A stretch of 64,000 nucleotides of DNA from an uncultured Candidatus Bathyarchaeia archaeon (GTDB lineage Archaea > Thermoproteota > Bathyarchaeia > Bathyarchaeales > DTEX01). This document shows positions 37,965 through 47,869 of this stretch, one piece after another. A model generated the notes under the pieces. That model had not been told where the DNA came from, made no database searches, and saw nothing but the letters and a program-made list of their open reading frames with translations. The position numbers and the translations under genes were made by a program. The stretch lies in contig CAZDRE010000002.1 in the NCBI GenBank assembly GCA_964508155.1, positions 92,695 through 156,694 of the forward strand, given 5' to 3'. Position 1 is the first letter of the stretch; the number at the start of each line of letters is the position of its first letter.

Positions 37965-39131
37965 TTATCCTCCACAAGCTTTCTCATATACCCTGAGCGT
38001 CCTTTCGGCGATGGCATTCCAACTATACACCTCCTGAACTTTTCTCCTAGCATTCTGCACAAGCCAGTTTGAGTATTCACGGTCTGATAAGACTCTGTTT
38101 ACTCCCCAAGCTATGGATTCTGGATTTCCAGGATAAACGAGAACTCCGGTGCGGTCATGCTCAATGATCTCCGCTAGCCCTCCAACGTTCGTTGCGACTA
38201 CGGGAACTCCAGCGGCCATTCCCTCAAGGGCCACTATACCGAAAGGCTCATAGATCGATGGAATGACTAGGACATCAGCGCTCGCCATGAGTTTTGCAAG
38301 TTCAGAGTCTGGAATGAAACCCAAAAATTTTATGTATTCTCTAAAGCCCGTTGATCTTGCAAGTTCCTCTAGATAGCCCTTTGACCATCCGTCCCCGCTT
38401 ATCAATATCCTCACGTCCCTGTTTTGCCTTATTATGTGCGGGACAGCCCTAATCAGCGTGTCTACTCCCTTCTGGGGGACGAGTCTTCCAACGAAGAGGA
38501 TGACTCTCTCATCTGGTCTGATTCCATATCGCCTCTTAACATCTTCACGATTAACATTTAAGTCGAAATTGAATATATCAACGCCGTTCGGAATAACCGT
38601 TACCTTCTCCGGCGGGAGATGGAAGTGATTCTCGAGCTCCGACTTGACGGAGTTACTGCATACAATGACCTGCTTGGCCTCGTATGTCATCCACCATTCA
38701 ATCCCATCGATGAGGAATGAGTCGGGATTGTGAAGTCCTTGGGAACGGCCGATCTCAGTGCTGTGAACAGTTGCAATTAAAGGTTTATTTAGGAAATGTT
38801 TGGATGCTATGCCCGCCGGAGCCGTCAGCCAATCGTGTATATGTATAACGTCAAAATTCACCTCTCTGCCTAAAGCGGCAACTCTCTTCTCCATGAAGTG
38901 GTTGAAGATTAAAGTCCAAGTTATGAAGTTTGGATGGCCAAGCTCTATAAGCACACGGTGAACTTTAACTCCTTCTACATCCTCGAATAGCGGGGCTCCT
39001 GGAAACTCTAGCGTTACCACATGCACATTATGGCCTCGTCTGGACAGAGCCCTTGATAATCCTAAACAGTGCCTAGCGATCCCTCCGACAATTCTAGGAG
39101 GAAACTCCCAAGTTAATATACAGATCTTCAT
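37965..39131 (-). CDS. GT4-family glycosyltransferase
   Basis: 388 aa. TWEFPPRIVGGIARH and PSIYEPFGIVALEGMAAGVPVVATNVGGLAEII (E-x7-E). Confidence 0.85.
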   Translation of the reverse strand: MKICILTWEFPPRIVGGIARHCLGLSRALSRRGHNVHVVTLEFPGAPLFEDVEGVKVHRVLIELGHPNFITWTLIFNHFMEKRVAALGREVNFDVIHIHDWLTAPAGIASKHFLNKPLIATVHSTEIGRSQGLHNPDSFLIDGIEWWMTYEAKQVIVCSNSVKSELENHFHLPPEKVTVIPNGVDIFNFDLNVNREDVKRRYGIRPDERVILFVGRLVPQKGVDTLIRAVPHIIRQNRDVRILISGDGWSKGYLEELARSTGFREYIKFLGFIPDSELAKLMASADVLVIPSIYEPFGIVALEGMAAGVPVVATNVGGLAEIIEHDRTGVLVYPGNPESIAWGVNRVLSDREYSNWLVQNARRKVQEVYSWNAIAERTLRVYEKACGG

Positions 39132-39215
39132 GCTAATCCTAGCCGAGAATTAGCCTCCAAACCACTAATTGGATCTTGCCCCTCATTTTCTTATAAAGTT
39201 TATTAACCATCAAAC

Positions 39216-40031
39216 TCATCTGTATGTTCCCATAATTCTCCGGGAAGGATCCATGTCTGGTATGGACTTTATTTCCTTCCCCTTTTGAAGCGCCACTACT
39301 TCGATCATCTCTTCAATGCCAGAAGAGGAGATCTTTCTCTCCAAAACTCTTTCCACTTGGAAGATGCCGGCTGGATTATCCATGTTCACGATGATCCTTA
39401 CGGGGCGATTATCCCCCTCTAATATCTCAACCTTTCTGATTGCAAGCGCTGATAATGAGTGTATATCCACGCCACCCATCTTATATGGGATTCTAGCTCT
39501 ACCCTCCGCCATGTCTGTTCCATCGGCCACTTTTACGCAGCCAGCCTCCATACTGAGACATTTTACATTCTCATCATGAGAGAAGATGCAGTGTAGGATC
39601 TCAGATTTCAATCTTAGGGCTAATTCTTGATCTACTTGGTAAGCCTCGCTGAATAGTCTATTTAGAATCGAATTCGCGATGATGCAGCCATGTATATGGT
39701 GGGCCGTGCGGTGAATTGCATTTCCAATATCATGCAGGTAGGCTCCGCATAGAACTATAACCTTAGCATCTTTTAGGCTGCATATATTGTCCCTCACGGT
39801 TGTTGGGGCGAATCTTTTCGTTAAGATATCAAATATCTCAAGGGCGCTTCCAGAAGTTATCCTCGAGTGCACTGGGCCGTGATCGTTATATTTTAGTCTC
39901 TCAACGGCCATGATATTAGCCATTTGGAGATAAGATTGAACTTCAAGATCCTCTTCTAGGAAATGGAAGATTCTTCGTAGAGACGGCTCTTTCAGGTGTC
40001 TGTGAATTAGTCGGGGAGAAACGATGACCAT
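39216..40031 (-). CDS. HD domain phosphohydrolase
   Basis: 271 aa. H..HSR then YLHDIGNAIHRTAHHIHG (HD motif). Confidence 0.8.
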   Translation of the reverse strand: MVIVSPRLIHRHLKEPSLRRIFHFLEEDLEVQSYLQMANIMAVERLKYNDHGPVHSRITSGSALEIFDILTKRFAPTTVRDNICSLKDAKVIVLCGAYLHDIGNAIHRTAHHIHGCIIANSILNRLFSEAYQVDQELALRLKSEILHCIFSHDENVKCLSMEAGCVKVADGTDMAEGRARIPYKMGGVDIHSLSALAIRKVEILEGDNRPVRIIVNMDNPAGIFQVERVLERKISSSGIEEMIEVVALQKGKEIKSIPDMDPSRRIMGTYR

Positions 40032-40156
40032 GTATGTCTCACCGAGGCATAATTCTCATTAATAAGATTCCAATAACTTTATGTTTCTGGAATCAAATAA
40101 AAGTATCAGTCAGTCATATATATGCTGTTATCATCTTGATATCTTGGGAGGGAATA

Positions 40157-40729
40157 ATGTTGGCGACTAATACTGCTCAGATTTTCCCTAAGATAGTCAT
40201 TCAGAATGTTGTTGCCTCGGCGAGGGTCAAGCAGGAGATCGATCTGCACTCCATTGTTAGGGCTTTTCCTGATGTTGAGTATAGGCCTGAAGTGTTTCCG
40301 GGCTTGGCTTTTAGGCTGAAGAAACCTAAGAGCTGCGTTCTCATCTTTAATAATGGAAAGATGGTCTGCACGGGGGCGAAGAGTGAGGAGGAATCATTTA
40401 GGGTCGTCGAGAGGGTTATTAATCAATTGAGGGATGCGAAAATAATAAGTACGGGGGAGTTCGAGTTTGAGATCCAAAATATCGTTGCATCCATAGATCT
40501 CGGCGATGTGTCCATAGATATAGAAAGACTCGTTTATGAGATTGGAAGAGGAATAATGTATGAGCCTGAACAGTTTCCAGGGGCAATATATCGGATGGAT
40601 GATCCAAAGGTCGTCTTTCTAATATTTTCATCTGGGAAGCTCGTCTGCGCTGGCGCCAAAAAGGAGGAGGAGATATACAGAGCTGTGGACAAGCTAGTCT
40701 TGACCCTGAAGGAGATAGGTGTTCTCTAA
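40157..40729 (+). CDS. tbp: TATA-box binding protein
   Basis: Two direct repeats: IQNVVASA..VFPGLAFRL..KMVCTGAKS and IQNIVASI..QFPGAIYRM..KLVCAGAKK. Start set at ATG 40157, because the track extension from 40034 is non-homologous. Confidence 0.95.
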   Translation: MLATNTAQIFPKIVIQNVVASARVKQEIDLHSIVRAFPDVEYRPEVFPGLAFRLKKPKSCVLIFNNGKMVCTGAKSEEESFRVVERVINQLRDAKIISTGEFEFEIQNIVASIDLGDVSIDIERLVYEIGRGIMYEPEQFPGAIYRMDDPKVVFLIFSSGKLVCAGAKKEEEIYRAVDKLVLTLKEIGVL

Positions 40730-40765
40730 GTACACCTCATCTAGAAGCATCACTGAATAACCGTC

Positions 40766-42001
40766 TTATTCATGTCTGAGGGCCTCAACGGGATCTAAAC
40801 GTGAAGCTCTCCAAGACGGGTAAAAACCCGAGATCATACTTAACACTATAGAGAGGAGCCACGTTGAGATTATATTCTCAAGGTCAAAGGTAGGAACTAT
40901 CTGGATCGATAGGGTCTCCCTGCCGTAGGAGCCCAGTTTGATATCTATATTGAGGCCTCTTCCAAGAATCCAGCTCATACCATAAGAGAGGGCTATTCCC
41001 AGTAGTGATCCTAATCCTCCGCCGATGATCCCGATTATAGTCGCCTCGCATAGAAATGCTTCTAGAATGAGTCTATTTGTGAATCCTAAAGCTTTTAGCA
41101 ATCCGATCTCCTTGATCCTCTCTAAAACTGAGGTGTGGAGAGTCGTGATTATTCCGACAGATGCCACTAAAAGGGACACCATGGCGATTATTCTGATGAA
41201 TAAGGATACGCCGCTGGTTATTTGGTGGATAACATTTGAGATCACCTGTGGTGATATTATGGTGAGGTCGGATCCATAAATTTCCCTCATCTCATTCATT
41301 ACAGCCTCATTAAGACTTGGGCTCTCGGTGATTATGTATAGTCCATCATAGCTTTTCTGGTCGAAGAAGTTCTTAGCGGCGGATGTTGATATGAAGGCCA
41401 TCTGATCTATTGGGATGATCCCGCTTCCTACATAGTTGAGTATGCCTCGAACTATGAATGCACGTTGGAATGTGATGGGTTGCTGATTCACATACTTCTG
41501 ATAGATGATCTTAACTGTCTGTCCAAGGGTTGCAAAGGGTTCCTCTCTGCTGGATGTACGTGTCAGCTCATTCCCAAGGATTATCCCTACATTGTCAGTT
41601 TCTGAGACGTAGGTTCCCGATTTGAAGCTTATTGTTGGAAAGAGTAGTGGCAGTTTGCTCTGATCCATGCCGATGATTACTGAGGTTTGAGTCTCCCCCT
41701 TCGAGCTTATAGATGCCTGCTTCTGAAAGAATGGAACAACCTCCTTAACGCCCTTAATTCTAGAGATCTCATCTATTAGAGAGTCGTCTATGTCGATGTT
41801 TCCCCGCCCGCTCACTATAAGCACGTTTGCACCTAAATTGCTGAATTGCTCATTAATGAAGTTTGTAAATCCATTTCCAGTTCCATGCAAGGCCACTAGG
41901 AGAGCTACGCCTATGACCACCATTAGAATCGTTAATGTAGCCCTAACCTTCCTCTCAAGCAGAGCCTCAAACGAGAACTTAAAGATCTCTATGACATTCA
42001 T
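40766..42001 (-). CDS. ABC transporter permease, FtsX/MacB-like
   Basis: 411 aa. N-terminal TM helix, a large extracytoplasmic domain, and a C-terminal 3-TM FtsX module (EIGLLKALGF). Confidence 0.9.
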   Translation of the reverse strand: MNVIEIFKFSFEALLERKVRATLTILMVVIGVALLVALHGTGNGFTNFINEQFSNLGANVLIVSGRGNIDIDDSLIDEISRIKGVKEVVPFFQKQASISSKGETQTSVIIGMDQSKLPLLFPTISFKSGTYVSETDNVGIILGNELTRTSSREEPFATLGQTVKIIYQKYVNQQPITFQRAFIVRGILNYVGSGIIPIDQMAFISTSAAKNFFDQKSYDGLYIITESPSLNEAVMNEMREIYGSDLTIISPQVISNVIHQITSGVSLFIRIIAMVSLLVASVGIITTLHTSVLERIKEIGLLKALGFTNRLILEAFLCEATIIGIIGGGLGSLLGIALSYGMSWILGRGLNIDIKLGSYGRETLSIQIVPTFDLENIISTWLLSIVLSMISGFYPSWRASRLDPVEALRHE

Positions 42002-43635
42002 TCCCCTCCCTCCAACCTTATGCTCCTCTCTCGCTGGATGACGTGTCTCCGGTATAGGAGCGTTATGATTACAGATGCCGCCAATACAATTATTGGTGTT
42101 AGGATCTCCTCGAGTGACGAGGAAGAGATCGGCTTCTTCACATTGCTTGTATGAACTGTTTTAACGGCTATGACCTGCAATGGAAATGTGACGTTAAATT
42201 CTTGATCTACATGTTGATCATCCCTGTAGGTGATCCTTATGGTGATTGGGTAGGTTCCGTTTTTCACATCTTCCCTTATGCGCGCTCCTACTGTGAATGG
42301 AGACTGAGAGTTCTCCTCGACTTCGCCGATGTATGTCTTGCTCTCAGATGTCAAGTATAGAATTGGACTTGGAAGTATTGACACATTAACATACATCGCT
42401 GAGACCGTTCCCCTATTTAGGAGCGTGGCTGAAAACTCGAATTTAGAGCCGTTCTTTACTGGTTGAGGCCTTACTATCTTGTCATAGAGGATAAGCTCCA
42501 CCCTGCCGATGACTATGAGTCCCAATGTAAATTTTTCAGAGTGACTCTCGCCGTAGTTATCGCGATAATTCACCTCGAATGTTCCGGCGTATGTTGAGCC
42601 TATTGACGAGTCGGGGGCGAATATAACGAATTTGATCGAGGAGTTATCTCCGACATTTAAATATTCTATTCTCCAGCTCTCCCTGCCGTGAACTACGAGC
42701 GGATTGGGCATGGAGAGTGAAGCCTCTAGGGCTGAGACGGGAATCTTACCATCATTAATTATGGTTACTGTAAATTCGTTATCTAATCCCCCGACTATCC
42801 TATTATTTGACGTTACTATGTTGATTGAGGCTGCTGGTCTAACCTCAAATGAGGTTGAAGTCCAGTTTCCCTCATACTTAGCATTTCCAGGCCAGCTTGC
42901 ATTTAAATTCCATGTGCCATTAATGTCCGGCTTGAATGAATCTGAGAATGTTCCGTCAATATTGACTTTCACGCTGCTATTCACTGCTCTTTTAGGCCCT
43001 ATATAGGTTAATGTGACGGTTGCGTTTTCTGGCGCTGGACTAATGGAACCGGTTACTCTTATGTATTCCCCTTCCTTGATGGCCTGCGGTGATACCTCAA
43101 CTCTTATAGTCGACTCTATCTTTGATATAACGATCTTAACGCTTAGATTCTGGGGGGTTCCCTCGACATACTTATCGTCTGACTCAACTGAGTAATTTAC
43201 GATCATTGGTTGAATATATGTTCCGGGGACGGCGTCATCATCGATATTCAACGTAAATGTTAGTGTGAAGAAACTCTTCGGCTTTATCTCATCCGTTGGG
43301 TTCAAAACTTCCCCAACTGTAGGCTTTCCGGTAGCGCTTGCCTCAGGGTTTCCATAGATATCCGTGAACGGGCTATTCTGGAGTTTAAGGATGGCTGAGA
43401 CTCCCTTTATTGTCCTGTTAGGTGAGAGGTTCTGTACCTCAACTGTAAGGGGGATCTCTTTATCTCCGGGATGAGCCTTGATTGGATTATTTATGTCATT
43501 TCCCCATGCAACGCGGTTCACTCTCATTTCCACGGAGACGCATCTAGCCGGCAGGATCTCTACTTGAAATGATGATAGGAAAATTAGAAGAATGAATGTT
43601 AGGGTCAAGATTTCCCTTGGGCTTTTTATGATCAC
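41998..43635 (-). CDS. secreted/anchored beta-rich repeat protein (CARDB / COG1361 S-layer-domain-like)
   Basis: 545 aa. N-terminal signal-like LTLTFILLIFLSSF, C-terminal TM anchor ILTPIIVLAASVIITLLY, and several beta-sandwich-like modules of about 100 aa. 4-nt overlaps with both ABC genes. Confidence 0.6.
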   Translation of the reverse strand: MIIKSPREILTLTFILLIFLSSFQVEILPARCVSVEMRVNRVAWGNDINNPIKAHPGDKEIPLTVEVQNLSPNRTIKGVSAILKLQNSPFTDIYGNPEASATGKPTVGEVLNPTDEIKPKSFFTLTFTLNIDDDAVPGTYIQPMIVNYSVESDDKYVEGTPQNLSVKIVISKIESTIRVEVSPQAIKEGEYIRVTGSISPAPENATVTLTYIGPKRAVNSSVKVNIDGTFSDSFKPDINGTWNLNASWPGNAKYEGNWTSTSFEVRPAASINIVTSNNRIVGGLDNEFTVTIINDGKIPVSALEASLSMPNPLVVHGRESWRIEYLNVGDNSSIKFVIFAPDSSIGSTYAGTFEVNYRDNYGESHSEKFTLGLIVIGRVELILYDKIVRPQPVKNGSKFEFSATLLNRGTVSAMYVNVSILPSPILYLTSESKTYIGEVEENSQSPFTVGARIREDVKNGTYPITIRITYRDDQHVDQEFNVTFPLQVIAVKTVHTSNVKKPISSSSLEEILTPIIVLAASVIITLLYRRHVIQRERSIRLEGGE

Positions 43636-44714
43636 TCTCCTCTCCTCCTTTCCTCCTTGAAGATCCTTCCATCTCGAATGTAGATTATCCTATCGGTCAT
43701 CTGTGCAACTTCAGGGTCATGCGTAACGATCAGCATGGTTGTTCCCCTCTCCCTATTGAGTTTCCTAAAGAAATTCATTATTGCCCTTCCAGTCTTGGAA
43801 TCCACGTTTCCAGTAGGCTCATCCGCTAAGACTATCTCGGGATTATTCATTAAAGCTCTTGCTATCGCAACACGCTGTTGCTCCCCGCCGCTTAAAGTCT
43901 TCGGTTTCCTATTAATCTTCCCGCTAAGACCCACCACGTCAAGCAGCTCCCTAATCCTTTTTAGTCGCTCCCTCTTAGATAGGCCGCTGACTAATGCTGG
44001 CAATTCCATGTTCCTCTTTACTGTAGACCTGGCGATTAAATTGTAGGATTGAAAGACGAATCCTATCTTTCTGTTGCGAAGGCTCGCCAGTTCCTTATCG
44101 TCCAGCTTGGATATATCCACTCCATCTATGAGAACTCGGCCCGATGTAGGTCTATCTAAGGCTCCTATGAGGTTCAGTAGAGTTGATTTTCCGCTGCCTG
44201 AAGGACCCATTATAGAAACGAATTCGCCCTTCTTCACTTTCAAATTTATCCCGTTTACTGCTGAGATCACGTTTGACCCGACAATATATTTCTTAGTTAC
44301 ATTCTCAGTCTCTATGGCGTATACTTCAGATGAGGGATCCTTAGCGTCCAATTCTTCTGATTGTTGCTTTACCTCGTAATTCAATCTCATCTTAAAAATC
44401 GAGATCATAACTAATGCTCCGAGGATGAGAAGTGAGACCGATGATGCAAGCATTAAATAATTCTCAAATATTGTTTGGGAGGGCAATCTGAACGTGCATT
44501 GGAAATTCGAGGCAACCCCGAGGATCACGGATACTAGGGCGGGGTATCCTCCAGTCTTATTCCTCTTAAATAGTCCATAAGCCCCTAGAAGACCTAAAAA
44601 TATGGCTGCCATGCCCATTGACGATGCCAAATAGGAGTTATGAGGGGTCTTCAGTAGTGAATAGGCCTCGATTATGATGAAGGCGATAAGAAATGTGATT
44701 GAGGCCTCCCTCAT
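43632..44714 (-). CDS. ABC transporter ATP-binding protein (MacB/LolD type) with N-terminal membrane domain
   Basis: Walker A GPSGSGKS, signature LSGGEQQR, Walker B VLADEP. Preceded by about 130 aa with 4 hydrophobic helices. Start set at MREASITF (44714). Confidence 0.9.
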   Translation of the reverse strand: MREASITFLIAFIIIEAYSLLKTPHNSYLASSMGMAAIFLGLLGAYGLFKRNKTGGYPALVSVILGVASNFQCTFRLPSQTIFENYLMLASSVSLLILGALVMISIFKMRLNYEVKQQSEELDAKDPSSEVYAIETENVTKKYIVGSNVISAVNGINLKVKKGEFVSIMGPSGSGKSTLLNLIGALDRPTSGRVLIDGVDISKLDDKELASLRNRKIGFVFQSYNLIARSTVKRNMELPALVSGLSKRERLKRIRELLDVVGLSGKINRKPKTLSGGEQQRVAIARALMNNPEIVLADEPTGNVDSKTGRAIMNFFRKLNRERGTTMLIVTHDPEVAQMTDRIIYIRDGRIFKEERRRGE

Positions 44715-44774
44715 CGATAAGACCCCTCTATCTTTCTCGAAGACGTCCTTTTTATGATAAAGGAAAAAACAAAA

Positions 44775-44795
44775 ATATATAAGTTTCTTATATAT
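44775..44795. promoter_or_regulatory. inverted repeat (9-bp arms, 3-nt spacer) between the divergent padR and ABC ATPase genes
   Basis: atatataag ttt cttatatat. It sits centrally in the 113-nt divergent intergenic region and is a candidate PadR operator overlapping TATA-like sequence. Confidence 0.45.
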
Positions 44796-44827
44796 GTTTG
44801 ATTCCTTGATACTTGGAGATATGAGCG

Positions 44828-45430
44828 ATGGCGACGGCTCCAACAGAGATAGTTAATCAATGGAAGGAGCAGATGTTGAAAGGCTATTTGAAGATGGCAG
44901 TATTATTCGTTTTAATGCGAAAGCCCATGCATGGCTACGAGATAATAAAGAGTATTAATGAATGGACGTTTGGCATTATGACGCCGACTGCTGGAAGCAT
45001 TTATCCGACATTGAGGGATCTCGAGGAGAGAGAATTGATTGAGGGCTGGTGGATGCCTGAGAAAAGGAGGAAGATTTATAGAATAACGGAGAGGGGTAGA
45101 AGAGTCTTTAAGGAGGCGATTGAGAAGCACTTTGAGTTTGCTTCTACCCTTAGAAGATGGCTCCTTAAGGAGATGACTCAGCTGGGGATAATAGAAGATG
45201 CGGATATTCCCTCCATGACGGGATCGGCATTAAAATTGCTATTACTAAGTGAGAATGCATCCGTGGAAGATCGGATCGAGGCATTAAAGAGGCTGAGGCT
45301 GAATATTCAAAATGTAATAGAAGTATTATCTAGGATCGTTAAGCAGATAAAGATCCGAGAGGAAGAGTTGAGGCAGGAGATAAAATTAAAGGAATCCTCC
45401 AATACAGGCGTAGAGGATACAAGTCGTTAA
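44828..45430 (+). CDS. PadR family transcriptional regulator
   Basis: 200 aa. LKGYLKMAVLFVLMRKPMHGYEIIKSI..GSIYPTLRDLEERELIEG, with a long helical C-terminal extension. Confidence 0.85.
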   Translation: MATAPTEIVNQWKEQMLKGYLKMAVLFVLMRKPMHGYEIIKSINEWTFGIMTPTAGSIYPTLRDLEERELIEGWWMPEKRRKIYRITERGRRVFKEAIEKHFEFASTLRRWLLKEMTQLGIIEDADIPSMTGSALKLLLLSENASVEDRIEALKRLRLNIQNVIEVLSRIVKQIKIREEELRQEIKLKESSNTGVEDTSR

Positions 45431-45503
45431 AGTATCTATCAGATAGTTTCATGTTTTTCCCTAAAACTTAAAAATAAATGCAAGATTAATAGAGAATAAT
45501 AAG

Positions 45504-46616
45504 ATGTCTAAGAAAATAAGCGTTTTTATTCCCGTTTATAGAGAATCTGTTTTCCTCGAATCTCTACTTGATAGTCTTGTTAATGATCCCTATGAAGATA
45601 AGGAGATACATGTGGTTATAGACGAGCCCACAGATAGGAGTATAGAGACTTCAAGAAGATTTTCAAAGTATGCGCATTTTATATTTAACGGAAAGAGGAA
45701 GGGGAAGGCTAACGTCTTAAATGAGCTGGCAAAGCATGCTACTGGAGACATCTTCCTCTTCCTAGACTCGGACATAATCATAAAGGGTGGCAATAGAAGC
45801 TTTCTTGGGACAGTAGTTGAAGAGATGAGAGATGCTGATATAATCGAGATAAAGAAAGACGTCATAAGAGACTCTTTTGTGGCTAAGATTACAAGCTATG
45901 ACTATCTTAGCTTCAGCCTCTCAAACTGGTATATATCTAGGAAGATCGGGAAGTGCCTGGGTATAAATGGGGCTGCCTTCGCGATTAAGAGGGAGACCTT
46001 CGAATCGCTAGGTGGATTCCGAAGAGTTATATGTGAAGACTTAGATATCGCAGCCAGATCCTTCATTAAGGGTGCACGTTTTAAGTTTGTGGATAAGATC
46101 GCGGTTAGCACTAAGGCTCCCTCCACATTTAGGGAATGGTTCAATCAGAGGAAGCGCTGGGGCATAGGAACGGCCTTCTGGTTTAAGGAATACTTTAATC
46201 TGATTAAGGGCGTTTTACGTGAGTATCCGAGCATTGCATTGCCAGTTCTATTATTCCTCTTTCCAGCCTTGCCGCCATTACTGATGAACATATTCATACC
46301 AGATGAGCCATTCATAAAGATGTTCTTCATATCGCTGATCCTATTATCGGCAAGGACGAGTGTCTTTCTGCCGCCGGCAGCCTTTACATCAACAACCCTG
46401 TCTACTCTAAGAAACTTTCTAGTCATGATCGGAAGCCTATCCGTTTATTCTGCTTTATTCTATCTAATAGCCAGAAAATTCCAGTTCTATTTCAATCCAT
46501 TAGAGTTTACAGCTTTCTATTTCGTTTTGGCTCCTATGTGGCTTTTGATAATAATCGCGGGCATAATTAAAGTTTATGTTAAGCCGGAAAGCGTGAATAT
46601 AGACTGGAAAGTCTAG
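45504..46616 (+). CDS. membrane glycosyltransferase family 2 (processive type)
   Basis: 370 aa. SVFIPVYRES, DxD (LDSD), QRKRWGIG (QxxRW) and C-terminal TM helices. Confidence 0.85.
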   Translation: MSKKISVFIPVYRESVFLESLLDSLVNDPYEDKEIHVVIDEPTDRSIETSRRFSKYAHFIFNGKRKGKANVLNELAKHATGDIFLFLDSDIIIKGGNRSFLGTVVEEMRDADIIEIKKDVIRDSFVAKITSYDYLSFSLSNWYISRKIGKCLGINGAAFAIKRETFESLGGFRRVICEDLDIAARSFIKGARFKFVDKIAVSTKAPSTFREWFNQRKRWGIGTAFWFKEYFNLIKGVLREYPSIALPVLLFLFPALPPLLMNIFIPDEPFIKMFFISLILLSARTSVFLPPAAFTSTTLSTLRNFLVMIGSLSVYSALFYLIARKFQFYFNPLEFTAFYFVLAPMWLLIIIAGIIKVYVKPESVNIDWKV

Positions 46617-46904
46617 CCTGCCCATAAAGGGCATCGTCGAAGCCTCTTATTCTGCTGTCTGTAACCCGTGGAGGTCGAGGTTATGGTTGAAGAAAATGAA
46701 ATGATTAGTAGGTTAGATATCTTGGAGGAGAAGATTGCGGAGATAAATCGCCGGATAGAAGAGATTGGAATGCAGATCGAAGCTATTAATAAGGCTCTAA
46801 TATGCCTGTATAGGCATGGGGATTTCAGTAGGTGCTCCGTAATTATACGATGCGCAGATTAAGACGGCGGGTTGCCTCTTCATTTCGTTCCTCAAGTTTT
46901 AACT

Positions 46905-47855
46905 TTAAGACCTGCTCGGGATCTTCCTCATGTAGTATACATGCCCATCATACTCGAGTCTTACAATCTTCCTTTCATTCAGCATCTTATCAATTATGCC
47001 CCAATCAGCATTCGCCTTCCTTAAGATTTCGTTTACTCCATCTTCACGCATCGGATGAACTGACATTATGCTCAGAAGGTCTTCTTCTAGATCTCCGGTA
47101 AGAGCGAATGAGCTTCCCTCATATCCTATTAGGTATTCAACTGCATCTTCGCCGAGGCTCTTCGAGAAGATATTAAATGCTCTATTTATTGTTATTTCGT
47201 TGGCTGGTTTAACCCAGCTTTCCGCTGGTGGACGGGTGGGAATCGCTATATAAGCCTTGCATGGTCTTATCTTCGACAGAAAATCGGCAATATCCTCCAA
47301 GTTGTCTAGATAGCCGTCGATGAGCATTGTCTCGGTGATTAGTCTTCCTTTAAACTCCTCGGAGAATCTCATGATTCCATCTAGGATCTCATTTATCCTC
47401 AGAGATCTGTGAGGCCTATTTATGATCCTCCAAGTATCCTCATTGACTGCGTCCACCTTTAGGGAGACTAGATCAGCCTTTAAAAGGTCATCTATGACTT
47501 CGTTACGCCAGAGGAGCGATGCATTTGTCAATACTGCTGTTGGGATTCCGATCTCTTTGAGCATTTCTATCTCTATACCCAAGTTCTCATCTAGGGTTGG
47601 TTCTCCATCTGGGACGAAAGTTAGATAGTCGATCCTCTCATCCCTATTTTTGGCTTCCTCAACTTTATTCTTGACGATCTTGAAGAGCTTCTTCGGATCA
47701 TAAAAGGGTCTTCTCTCTATGCTTATCTTCGTTGTCCTTCCGAGTTGACAGTAGATGCAGGAGTATGAGCATATCTTCGCGGGAATATTATTTATTCCTA
47801 GACTTCTACCTAATCTCCTGGATGGAACGGGGCCAAAGGCGCTCATCCATCTCAC
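46905..47855 (-). CDS. radical SAM protein
   Basis: 316 aa. FGPVPSRRLGRSLGINNIP then CSYSCIYCQ (CxxxCxxC). Confidence 0.8.
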   Translation of the reverse strand: MRWMSAFGPVPSRRLGRSLGINNIPAKICSYSCIYCQLGRTTKISIERRPFYDPKKLFKIVKNKVEEAKNRDERIDYLTFVPDGEPTLDENLGIEIEMLKEIGIPTAVLTNASLLWRNEVIDDLLKADLVSLKVDAVNEDTWRIINRPHRSLRINEILDGIMRFSEEFKGRLITETMLIDGYLDNLEDIADFLSKIRPCKAYIAIPTRPPAESWVKPANEITINRAFNIFSKSLGEDAVEYLIGYEGSSFALTGDLEEDLLSIMSVHPMREDGVNEILRKANADWGIIDKMLNERKIVRLEYDGHVYYMRKIPSRS

Positions 47856-47869
47856 TAAGGGGCTAAGCG

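Noticed and set aside
40034-40156. 41-aa N-terminal extension of TBP given by the ORF track.
   Set aside because: The extension is hydrophobic and non-homologous. The canonical TBP repeat begins right after ATG 40157, and the extension would abut the divergent HD gene.
44715-44843. Longer start for the ABC ATPase that would overlap the padR start.
   Set aside because: The extension is not hydrophobic or structured like the rest and would eliminate the divergent promoter region. The Met at 44714 begins the first TM helix.
46668-46862. 64-aa GTG-start ORF with a coiled-coil-like sequence (ISRLDILEEKIAEINRRIEEIGMQIEAINKAL).
   Set aside because: It is plausible but unsupported. It has no SD and no recognisable family. 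It lies in the short gap between GT2 and the convergent radical SAM gene, and its tail overlaps another track ORF.
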